DNA from: Alloascoidea hylecoeti
Lineage: Eukaryota
DNA: 50,643 nucleotides
Assembly: GCA_001600815.1 (NCBI GenBank)
Contig: BCKZ01000005.1
Location: 443,532 to 494,174 of the forward strand
Direction of reading: 5' to 3'
Position numbers and translations under genes: made by a program. The first letter of the stretch is position 1. Each line of letters starts with the position of its first letter. The notes under the pieces are model-generated. The model saw nothing but the letters and a program-made list of their open reading frames with translations. It was not told the origin of the DNA and made no database searches. This document shows, one piece after another, positions 1 to 9,716 of the stretch.

Positions 1-3000
1 TTAGGTTTTAGCCAAACCACTAAATGATGAATTGCGGGAAGACACTCGACTCTTCATAATTGGTTGTAATTGATTATTAATTATTGTTGAAGTAGTTGCC
101 ATTGGGCTATCAGGAACAGCAATAGGTACATATTTGCCACTTAATGAATGATGATGATGGGCATGCCCACTTAATGATTGTCGTCCATATGCATCAATCA
201 TTAAGGATTTTGTTGAATCTAGTGAATTATTATTATAATTATTATTATTTATCATGAGTTCATTATAATTGTTATCTTCATCAGGATGTGGTATAATATC
301 TTTTCTTGATATTGGCTTTGGCAATTTTTCCAATGGTGGAACTTCCACTCTTTTAAATAGCAGATCGTTTAAATTTGTATCAATTTTATAGTTTGTTTGT
401 TGAATAGTATTATTTAGTGCATTGATACGATTAATTGCTTCAGATGAAAATGATTTTATTGATAACGCATTGTTATTAATAGCAGTTTCAAATTGTGGCA
501 GAACTTTATTTGTTGAATCACTATTAACTTTCAAGTCATTTGATATTCGTTTGTACTCATCAATTATTTCAACGTGTGATGATTTTATAGATAAAATATT
601 TGTATTATGTTGTTCTTCAGTTATGTTATTTGCTGTCGATGTATAGCCAGCAAGGGCAGTCATTTTACCACCAAGACTTTCAATATTTCTATCAACTTTA
701 ATTTCTGCTAATGAAACATTTTCTGATGTTTTAGAGTTTATTTTCATGATCGCTTCTTTTGCTTCCATATTAGATACTGCTATAGATTTATCAAATTCAG
801 TTTTAACAACATCAATATCATCTTTTAGTTTAAGCTGTTTATCAATTAAATCTAAGTTTGTTTTATCAAAATTTGTCATTGAATTATCAAGGTTTGAAAC
901 CAAGTCCATCATTTTGCTGTCAACTTCATTAAATTTTTTTTCGATTCTATTTGAACGATTGTCATTCATATTATTTATGAGAAGCATAACATCATTTAAA
1001 AGTTTGACTTTCTCCTTTTCAATTACATTTATCTCCTCAAATCTAAGCATATCAAAATCTTCTTTATATTTTAAAGTCAGGTTTATATTATTTTGATTTG
1101 ATTCATTGAGATGATTTTTTAGATATTCAATTTCACTTACTTGTGATGAAATTTGATTACCCAAACTTTTAAAGGTATCAACAAACTTCTTGTTTAGTAT
1201 ATTATAGGATGTTTGTATTTGAGTTTTAATACTGTTTATATCACCTGATAAAAGTTTTGAAAGATTTTGAATATCAAGCTTCAATTCCTTTAATTCATTC
1301 AAATTTTCATTTGTAATATTATCGTGGACTCCAATAATATTTTTAGTCGTAGAAGTCATTTTATTTTTTGAATCATTTATATCTTCAACTAATGTTTGAA
1401 TGTTTTTTGTGAACTTGTTTGTTGTCTGTTCTAATTTATTATATGATGTTAACATTTTATCACTCTGGAAATTTATAAATCTTTCAATATTTTCATGAAT
1501 TTCAGTTGAAAATGTATCTGTTAATTTAAGTAATGAATGGATTCCATTATTTAATGTATTACTTTGATTATTAATTGAGTCTTTTGTTTCTAACAAAATC
1601 TTATTATTATTTGATGATGATTTGTTATGGGTTGATAAGATATTTCTCAACTCGTTTGATTCTTCTTGTAGTTTATGAAGTATATTTTTTAAATGGCTTA
1701 TAAATTTATTTACTTCATGATCTCTTGTTTCATAGGCTTTATTAATTAACGATTCATTTTCAAGTTTTTTAATTATATTTGATAAATTTGTTTCTGTGGT
1801 CATTAATTTCTCATCAGTTTCCATTAAAATCTTCCGTTGTTCTTTTAACTCTTTATCCTTTTCATTAATTGATTTTGCATTTCTTTGGAATTCTTCAGTT
1901 TGTCTTTTAACTAAAATTTCCAAGGCATCTATTCTTAAATTCTTATCATCAATTTCTAACTTTCTTGATTCATTTTCATTGATTATTTCACTGTATGTTT
2001 CTTCACTTAAATAAATACCATTCTGTAATTTCGTTGAATTTAATGAAGATTTTAATCTATTAATTTCATCAATATATTCTTTAATTAAAACTTTTTTCGA
2101 CAAATTTTGATTCAACTTTGGTTTATTTTTTATATATTTTGCTTTATTAGCATATTCTAAAGTACTTAAAGTTTCATCAAGATTTACCTGTGCCGGTGAT
2201 ATTGTTGCGATTATGCAAGTTTTTGTACTACCACCCAATGAATCTTGTAATAATCTCGTTAGTTTTGATTCTCTATATGGTATGTGCGGAGAATTTTCGA
2301 CCAATGAGTTTATAACGCGGCCCAAAGTCAATAATGACTGATTTATCATACCAGCTTCTTTTGCTCTCTTATTTTCAACGATACCAGATCGATTAATGTT
2401 TTCAGATCCCGCTAAATCTACAAGGTTTAATTTACCCACTTTAAATATTTCTTCACCGGTTGAACTTGTAGTTTTAATATGAACAGTTAGTGTATAAAGG
2501 GAATGAGAACGACTTGAATATTCATTACTTTGTGTATGAGCAACTTGCTTATTGATCGAACCTCTCCTTAATATTGTCATTCCTTGCTTAGCATTCTTAA
2601 TAAAAACTTCTTCGACCCCACTGATTGTAATCTGGTTATTATTATCACCATAAATTTTCAATTTTTTGGGATCTTCATTATAATTTAACAGATCACGTAG
2701 TTCTTCATTATAAATTTCTATGTAAGAAACCTTAATTGAATATTCAACATTGGGAGTTTCAGTACACATTCCATCAAGCTTTCTAAACACATATGATAAA
2801 CTTCTTGGGATGATACCGGCAGTATCAGATAAATTGCCATCATCATTTGTAGTATTAAAATTTTCAGAAATATCACCAGAAATTGTATAGGTTTTGCCAG
2901 TACCTGTTTGTCCATAAGCAAATATAGTACAGTTATAACCTTCTAACATTTCATCAATTATATCCTTTGCAATACTATTAAAAACCATAGACTGATCACT

Positions 3001-3423
3001 CTCAGGTCCAAAAACCTGTTCAAATGAGTAGGATTTTGTTTTTGATGGTGCTGCACCTGTCTGTATTATAACTTCTTTACCGTTCTGTCCAAAAGTTGAT
3101 ACAACAACGTTACTATTCTCTTTTATTTCCCTTTCATTTCGTGATCTGCATCGTAAATAAACATGAATATTAGAATCATTACTGTTTTCCCTGAAATTTG
3201 TATTTAACATAGTTGTAGTAGATGAAGAAGTACTAGTAGTGCTAAAGACACTAGGGCTACTAGACCTAGGAATAGGAACTCCAAAAGCCATGCTAAGACG
3301 ACTCCTTGGATTTTGAGTTTGAGTTTGAGTTTGCTGTTGATTTTGTTTTTGGTGTTTAGAAACTTGCCCAGCTGATTTTGGCCTGGGCTTGTGGGACCCC
3401 AAAGACTGGGCAAAAGATTTCAT
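1..3423 (-). CDS. KIP1: Kinesin-5 (BimC/Kip1/Cin8 family) mitotic spindle motor
   Basis: 1140-aa ORF with an N-terminal motor domain (GQTGTGKT P-loop, SSRSH, LVDLAGSE, HIPYRESKLTRLLQDSLGG) and a long coiled-coil tail. Divergent from PRX1 across 250 bp, as KIP1/PRX1 are in S. cerevisiae. Confidence 0.93.
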   Translation of the reverse strand: MKSFAQSLGSHKPRPKSAGQVSKHQKQNQQQTQTQTQNPRSRLSMAFGVPIPRSSSPSVFSTTSTSSSTTTMLNTNFRENSNDSNIHVYLRCRSRNEREIKENSNVVVSTFGQNGKEVIIQTGAAPSKTKSYSFEQVFGPESDQSMVFNSIAKDIIDEMLEGYNCTIFAYGQTGTGKTYTISGDISENFNTTNDDGNLSDTAGIIPRSLSYVFRKLDGMCTETPNVEYSIKVSYIEIYNEELRDLLNYNEDPKKLKIYGDNNNQITISGVEEVFIKNAKQGMTILRRGSINKQVAHTQSNEYSSRSHSLYTLTVHIKTTSSTGEEIFKVGKLNLVDLAGSENINRSGIVENKRAKEAGMINQSLLTLGRVINSLVENSPHIPYRESKLTRLLQDSLGGSTKTCIIATISPAQVNLDETLSTLEYANKAKYIKNKPKLNQNLSKKVLIKEYIDEINRLKSSLNSTKLQNGIYLSEETYSEIINENESRKLEIDDKNLRIDALEILVKRQTEEFQRNAKSINEKDKELKEQRKILMETDEKLMTTETNLSNIIKKLENESLINKAYETRDHEVNKFISHLKNILHKLQEESNELRNILSTHNKSSSNNNKILLETKDSINNQSNTLNNGIHSLLKLTDTFSTEIHENIERFINFQSDKMLTSYNKLEQTTNKFTKNIQTLVEDINDSKNKMTSTTKNIIGVHDNITNENLNELKELKLDIQNLSKLLSGDINSIKTQIQTSYNILNKKFVDTFKSLGNQISSQVSEIEYLKNHLNESNQNNINLTLKYKEDFDMLRFEEINVIEKEKVKLLNDVMLLINNMNDNRSNRIEKKFNEVDSKMMDLVSNLDNSMTNFDKTNLDLIDKQLKLKDDIDVVKTEFDKSIAVSNMEAKEAIMKINSKTSENVSLAEIKVDRNIESLGGKMTALAGYTSTANNITEEQHNTNILSIKSSHVEIIDEYKRISNDLKVNSDSTNKVLPQFETAINNNALSIKSFSSEAINRINALNNTIQQTNYKIDTNLNDLLFKRVEVPPLEKLPKPISRKDIIPHPDEDNNYNELMINNNNYNNNSLDSTKSLMIDAYGRQSLSGHAHHHHSLSGKYVPIAVPDSPMATTSTIINNQLQPIMKSRVSSRNSSFSGLAKT

Positions 3424-3673
3424 AACTTATAAAATAAGCGTAAATAAAGGATTCTGGGCTGGAAAAGATGGTGAAGAAGAAAGAAAAGGTGTCTTGAAGT
3501 TGAGACCTATGCATATGTACCTGCGCCTGTTTGAGAAGTGTTGCATAAATATCGTTACCCTGACTTTAGGTTTGTGATATAAAAAATTAAGGGCACGAAT
3601 CTTAATGTTTAAGAAGTAACCTGATCAGAAGTACAAATAGTAGAAAGAAAAGTAAAAGCTAAAATAAAGTAAG

Positions 3674-4930
3674 ATGCTTTCGAGTAGCCTTAAAAGATGT
3701 TATTTAAAAAATCCAACCAGTTATAATGTTTCACGATGTTTATTTACTACTATATCGAGATCTGGCTATAGCTATAGAGGGGTTGAGTTTAAATCATTCG
3801 GGAAACAACAAGTACCATTAAGAATCGGTTCTATAGCTCCGAATTTTAAAGCACCTTGTACAATAAGTAATATTGAAAAAGATAATCAAGGTAATAATTT
3901 TGATTTTTATAGGTTTAGTGATGATAAAAGCTGGATTATTTTTTTATCACATCCCATGGATTTTACTCCTGTTTGTACTTCTGAATTGGGCAAATTTGCA
4001 TTGCTGAAAAATGAATTTGATAAAAGAAACACTAAAGTTATTGGGCTTTCTGTTAATGCTTTGGGGACCCATGAAGAATGGATTGAAGATATTGAAGATA
4101 TCTTTATGCCCAATGATGTGGAATTTATGATACCAATGATTTCGGATTTGGAACTTCGTGTTGCTTATTTATATAATATGATCGATGCAAATGCTTACAT
4201 AAATAAGAATGATGAAAATCCAAATCCAAGTGGGATTATGTATCCTTATGCTGTGAGATCATTATATATAATTGATCCTAAAAAGAGAATAAGAATGGTG
4301 GAATCTTACCCTGTTTCTACAGGCAGAAATACAGACGAAATTCTTAGAGTCCTTGATTCATTACAGTTATATGATAAAACAGGATTAATTACGCCTGTAA
4401 ATTGGAAACAAGGCGATGATGTCATGATTCCATCTTCATTAACAACAAACGAAGCAAAAGAAAAATATGGAACAATTAATGAAAAGAAAAGCTATATCAG
4501 ATTCACAAAGTCACCACTTTTTTCTAAAAAAAGTGTAAAAAACTCTCTGATTATTCCCATAAATATTTCTGAGACAGAAACTGAATATAAGAATGATATT
4601 ATAAACTATAAATCTATAATGCTACTAATTGCTTTAGTGCTAAATAGTATTTATCTAAACTCAAGTGACGAAATTCAAAGGCTTAAAAAGTTAATTTCAG
4701 AGTAAGCTTAATTTGAATTGTATATTTATTCATAATCTTTTTCTAACTTTTTGCTTAATAATTATTCTATTTATAGTGTTCAATCTGGTGAAGAAGTTGA
4801 CACAAGGAAAGAATTTGGAACAGGTATTCCATCCGAAGAAAAAAAATGGAATGAACTATTTGATATAATTTCAGATGAGGATCCTGATAGTTTTGTTTCA
4901 CAACAAAAGATCAAGACTAAAAAAGATTGA
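3674..4930 (+). CDS. PRX1: Mitochondrial 1-Cys peroxiredoxin with a fused C-terminal membrane domain (DUF5321-like); exons 3674-4701 and 4777-4930
   Basis: Presequence-like N-terminus, HPMDFTPVCTSE active site, YPVSTGRNTDEILRVLDSLQ and TPVNW. There is no stop after the normal Prx1 end. The apparent TAA (4703-4705) lies inside a GTAAGC...TTCTAAC...TAG intron, and splicing continues the frame as ISDVQSGEEVDTRKEFGTGIPSEEKKWNELFDII...KKD* (TGA 4928-4930). Confidence 0.85.
4702..4776 (+). other. Spliceosomal intron (75 nt) in the PRX1 3' extension
   Basis: Donor GTAAGC at 4702, branch point TTCTAAC at 4741-4747, acceptor TTATAG ending 4776. Joining gives GA|T (Asp) and a further ~50 open codons. 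Confidence 0.8.
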
Positions 4931-5602
4931 TTTAACAAAAATTAATTCTACTGATAACAATTAATTGGGAAAAATAAGATCAGACGATGACATCAATAAA
5001 ATTACAACTGTAGAGAAACCCCTGACTTTTTTCTTACATATTAGTTTTGATCAATTCTCTTTCAAATAAGTTCGTTTATCAATCTTATGAGAATATCAAC
5101 CGGCCTTTGGTTATTTTTCTTAAGACAATCTGATATTGATGGGGTTTTCTTGATTACATATAGCTTTTAACGTTATATTCTAAATTTCTAATATACCCCA
5201 AGTTTGCTATGCCAATGTGTGGTGAGCCTATTTTTCGAAATAGGAAAATAATCTGATGATAACCATGATTAATCAAATGGAGTACGTGATTAATTATAAG
5301 TGTTATGAGACTATTTTAATGAGCGACAGTTACTAACCTTACATACGCTAATATATTAAGGTGAGGATAACATCTAACTTATTTAAGTATTTATAGGTAA
5401 AATCGGAATTATGCCCAGAAATATCAATTATTGGCTGTACTCATAATATTTTTTATATATTATATTTTTATGATATTAATTATTGCTTTTTACGGGTTTG
5501 AACGGGATTAATATACTTTCAATTACAGGGATATAAATATGATGAATCTTGGTATATGTATATATTAATTAGAATTGCAAGGTGAGAACAATATATCGAA
5601 AA

Positions 5603-6652
5603 ATGAAGTATAAAAATCTTGGAAATTCAGGTCTTATGATCTCTAAAATTATTATGGGCTGTATGTCCTATGGTGAGAAAGCATGGGCCGAATGGGTAAT
5701 TGAGGATGAAGAAAAAGTATTATCGTTAATGAAGAAAGCTTACGATGTTGGGATTAGAACATATGATACAGCAGATACTTATAGTAATGGGCAATCCGAA
5801 ATCTTATTAGGAAAATTCCTTAAAAAGTATTCAATTAAAAGATCAACTGTTGTTATTTTAACTAAATGTTTTAGCGTTTCTGACCCTAATGGCAAACCAA
5901 CTATGGCCGAAATGGTTAAAATTAATACTGGAATTGGTGAAAATACAAGCTTAATACAGGGATATGTTAATCGAATTGGATTATCCAGGAAGCATTTGAT
6001 GGATGCAGTAGATGACTCTATTGAAAGACTTGGAACCTATATTGATTTATACCAGATTCATAGATTGGACCCCATCACACCAAAGTTAGAGATTATGACT
6101 ACTTTAAATGATATTGTCAGATCGGGTAAAGTTCGTTATATTGGAGCTTCAAGCATGAAAGCCGTTGACTTTGTACAATTACAATTCACAGCAGAGAAGC
6201 ATAACTTGACAAAATTCATCTCCATGCAGAATTTCTATAATTTATTATATAGAGAAGAAGAGAGGGAAATGATTCCATTTTGTAAAGAAACTGGAGTTGG
6301 AATAATTCCCTGGTCACCACTTGCTAGAGGTGTTTTAGCACGCCCTATTCATGAAAAACTAAGTTCATTACGTGCTAAGACTGATCTTGGAATTCAATTA
6401 TTTTTAATGGATACTTCAGATTCCGTGAATGAAATTCATAAGAGAGTTGAAAGGGTAGCGAAAGATAAGGGAGTTTTAATGTCTCAAGTTGCGACAGCTT
6501 GGGTTATTTCTAAAGGAATGTGTCCGATTATTGGATTTAGTAGTGAAAGCCGAATTGACGAGGCAGTTGAAGGGCTTAAAGTGATTCTTAGTAATGAAGA
6601 GATCAAATACTTGGAAGAGCCATATATTCCTCAAAATGTTGTTGGATACTAA
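5603..6652 (+). CDS. Aldo-keto reductase, aryl-alcohol dehydrogenase/YPL088W-like, copy 1
   Basis: LGNSGL..SKIIMGCMSYG, DTADTYSNG, LTKC, IDLYQIHRLD, GKVRYIGASS, PWSPLARG. ATG at 5603; the track start at 5582 is GTG. Confidence 0.93.
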   Translation: MKYKNLGNSGLMISKIIMGCMSYGEKAWAEWVIEDEEKVLSLMKKAYDVGIRTYDTADTYSNGQSEILLGKFLKKYSIKRSTVVILTKCFSVSDPNGKPTMAEMVKINTGIGENTSLIQGYVNRIGLSRKHLMDAVDDSIERLGTYIDLYQIHRLDPITPKLEIMTTLNDIVRSGKVRYIGASSMKAVDFVQLQFTAEKHNLTKFISMQNFYNLLYREEEREMIPFCKETGVGIIPWSPLARGVLARPIHEKLSSLRAKTDLGIQLFLMDTSDSVNEIHKRVERVAKDKGVLMSQVATAWVISKGMCPIIGFSSESRIDEAVEGLKVILSNEEIKYLEEPYIPQNVVGY

Positions 6653-6819
6653 TTTTTCAAGAGTATCAATTAATTAATTGGCTATTCATGTATCGTCGGA
6701 CGGACCTCGTCAGACACCAACTTACAGGTACACAAATCAGCAAAATATAATTATATGTCTCTTATTTTATCTTTGGTATAATACTTATAATTCTTTAGGC
6801 GTTATTCTAATTAATTTCG

Positions 6820-7150
6820 GTAATTAGTTCAAACTATTTGGTTGTTGTGTAGACAAATCAGCGGTTTTGTACGTGAATAAACATTCGCGGATGATTCAGA
6901 TACTTCCATGAGAAATATAAAGTTAGGATACAGTAAATAATTAGATAAGTGTGTGGTCAGTATACATAGAAAATGTTTATCGGAAGTTTCGTCATTATTC
7001 CAAGGAATAGTTGTCATTATAACTTCTCAATACTCATTGTTAACTCATGGTAACTGGCGAATAATTGTTTTGTCTGATCAACAAAAAAGTATTGATATTT
7101 GGATTATTAGTCATGTTAAATATTATCCTCATTTAGGAGAAGAATAAGCG
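6820..7150 (+). mobile_element. Possible decayed Tc1/mariner transposase fragment
   Basis: Stop-interrupted translation KLGYSK*...HRKCL...NWRIIVLSDQQK...GEE resembles Tc1 'LGY..R....HRK.RL...W..V.FSDE.K...GE'. No terminal inverted repeats seen. Confidence 0.3.
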
Positions 7151-7743
7151 GTAAATGGAGAAAGAATTATTGGAATTTTTACATGTTGATGTGGATTATA
7201 TATGTGGACACTATTAGTCTACGCGTATGCGATTTTGTTACGGTGTTTTCCGTTAGTATAGACCACGTATTCGCCCATATTTGTGAAAATATTCGCCTAT
7301 ATCTTAAGTTGATGATTTGGCCACACGATGTGACAATATTCGGCCAACCATCGTATATTAACTAATTTCGGCCGCCTTGCATTAACAACAGACTCAACGC
7401 CAATATTCAAAAGACTTGAAAGGTGTTAAAATTTTCAATTACAATGATACAGGCGAATATATATGCCAACAAGTGGCCGATGTCCCCACAAAACACTATA
7501 TCATAAAGGCTTATACCATATCAGCTAATAATAACTGTAGAAGGTTTAGAGTCTAGACCGAGAGCCAGAATGAATAATTTAATAATTATAATATTCATAA
7601 TTAGTGCAAACCATCAATGGCAGACTAACGAAGTACCAAGTGGAGATACCAAACAAAGTGAATTAAGGTTGCTAGAAATGATATAATAATAAAAAAGCGG
7701 AATTAGGAAATAACAATTTCTGGATGCATTTATCAATAAAAAT

Positions 7744-7788
7744 ATGGATTTACAGGATTTAATGGATTTACAGGATTTAATGGATTTA
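7744..7788. repeat. 9/18-bp tandem repeat (ATGGATTTA CAGGATTTA)x2.5 in the promoter of AKR copy 2
   Basis: Five consecutive GGATTTA-containing 9-mers, read directly. Confidence 0.85.
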
Positions 7789-7959
7789 TCGATTATTGAT
7801 AAATCTACTGAAATGTATATAAGGCCTTATAGAGTAACACTTATATACATTTTGCGATATTAATTCAATTGCAATTGCAAGCTTAAAGATTGAATAAGTC
7901 TAGTTAAAGGATTGATCATTCATACATTGACAAATAAAGTATTTACAATCAATTGCAAA

Positions 7960-9000
7960 ATGGAATATCAAAATCTTGGAAATTCAGGTCTTAAGATCTC
8001 TAAAATTATTATGGGCTGTATGTCCTATGGTGAGAAAGCATGGGCCGAATGGGTAATTGAGGATGAAGAAAAAGTATTATCGTTAATGAAGAAAGCTTAC
8101 GATGTTGGGATTAGAACATATGATACAGCAGATACTTATAGTAATGGGCAATCCGAAATCTTATTAGGAAAATTCCTTAAAAAGTATTCAATTAAAAGAT
8201 CAACTGTTGTTATTTTAACTAAATGTTTTAGCGTTTCCGATCCTATTGGCAAGCCACCTGCCAATAGTCTGGCCATACCTGAATTCGGACCTGTTAATAC
8301 AAAACAAGAGTATGTTAATCGAGTTGGATTATCCAGGAAGCATTTGATGGATGCAGTAGATGACTCTATTGAAAGACTTGGAACCTATATTGATTTATAC
8401 CAGATTCATAGATTGGACCCCATCACACCAAAGTTAGAGATTATGACTACTTTAAATGATATTGTCAGATCGGGTAAAGTTCGTTATATTGGAGCTTCAA
8501 GCATGAAAGCCGTTGACTTTGTACAATTACAATTCACAGCAGAGAAGCATAACTTGACAAAATTCATCTCCATGCAGAATTTCTATAATTTATTATATAG
8601 AGAAGAAGAGAGGGAAATGATTCCATTTTGTAAAGAAACTGGAGTTGGAATAATTCCCTGGTCACCACTTGCTAGAGGTGTTTTAGCACGCCCTATTCAT
8701 GAAAAACTAAGTTCATTACGTGCTAAGACTGATCTTGGAATTCAATTATTTTTAATGGATACTTCAGATTCCGTGAATGAAATTCATAAGAGAGTTGAAA
8801 GGGTAGCGAAAGATAAGGGAGTTTTAATGTCTCAAGTTGCGACAGCTTGGGTTATTTCTAAAGGAATGTGTCCGATTATTGGATTTAGTAGTGAAAGCCG
8901 AATTGACGAGGCAGTTGAAGGGCTTAAAGTGATTCTTAGTAATGAAGAGATCAAATACTTGGAAGAGCCATATATTCCTCAAAATGTTGTTGGATTCTAG
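7960..9000 (+). CDS. Aldo-keto reductase, aryl-alcohol dehydrogenase/YPL088W-like, copy 2
   Basis: Same AKR motifs as copy 1; ATG at 7960. Nucleotide-identical to copy 1 over most of its length apart from the ends and one internal loop. Confidence 0.93.
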   Translation: MEYQNLGNSGLKISKIIMGCMSYGEKAWAEWVIEDEEKVLSLMKKAYDVGIRTYDTADTYSNGQSEILLGKFLKKYSIKRSTVVILTKCFSVSDPIGKPPANSLAIPEFGPVNTKQEYVNRVGLSRKHLMDAVDDSIERLGTYIDLYQIHRLDPITPKLEIMTTLNDIVRSGKVRYIGASSMKAVDFVQLQFTAEKHNLTKFISMQNFYNLLYREEEREMIPFCKETGVGIIPWSPLARGVLARPIHEKLSSLRAKTDLGIQLFLMDTSDSVNEIHKRVERVAKDKGVLMSQVATAWVISKGMCPIIGFSSESRIDEAVEGLKVILSNEEIKYLEEPYIPQNVVGF

Positions 9001-9256
9001 TTTTCTTGTATTTAACCCAGTATTACAAGTCGTAAATATAATTCCAATTCAATAAAATATTAATAGATATATGTTCTAGATCTTAGGTAATAGAAGTCTA
9101 GAGACCTTGTAAATGCCGATACAGAGTGTGTACCGATCCCAATTGAACGGTAAAACCGTTGCGATATACCAGACTATTTATAAATTTTATATATAAACAC
9201 GAATGTATCACACATTAGATGTGCATCAAACAAAAATGCAAGGCAAAACAGCAAAC

Positions 9257-9451
9257 ATGAAGATCTACAACTATCCAGGAACGTACTTAGTTGGCGACCG
9301 GGAGATCAAGGTCAACGATAAAAATAGATGTATACACATTACTAGGATTACAGACGTTGGGGAGAATTATGTGGCAAGGTTGGGTGAGGATGGATTGTAT
9401 ATAATTGGTGGGAAGGGCTTTAGAGTGAAGGATGGGAAGATTGAAGTATGA
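9257..9451 (+). CDS. Putative 64-aa orphan protein with an internal two-fold beta-type repeat
   Basis: AAACATG start, TATATAAA about 60 bp upstream, repeat GTYLVGDREIKVND / GLYIIGGKGFRVKD. No recognised homologue. Confidence 0.35.
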   Translation: MKIYNYPGTYLVGDREIKVNDKNRCIHITRITDVGENYVARLGEDGLYIIGGKGFRVKDGKIEV

Positions 9452-9716
9452 TCGGGAAATGTTCCATCGATGTTCCAGAGGTGGGAATGAAAAAAATGAA
9501 AAACAAAATTTTTAAGGAAAATGAGAGGCTTGATATGTTGTTGGAGAGAAATGAGAAATGAGGCTTGTCTTGGAGCTGTCAGGACTGTGAAACAAGGATG
9601 ACACATCAAAATGATATATCTTTTAGGCTTTAGCCAACCTTCCAGTATTTTTATAATTACACTAAATTAATATCAAACACTTTTTTTCCCCTTCTGTGTT
9701 TTTCTAATCGTTCTAA

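Noticed and set aside
422..3577. Short antisense or alternate-frame ORFs over KIP1 (likewise inside PRX1, YEL1, AIM11, CTM1, PUT4)
   Set aside because: They overlap well-supported genes and have no recognisable motifs.
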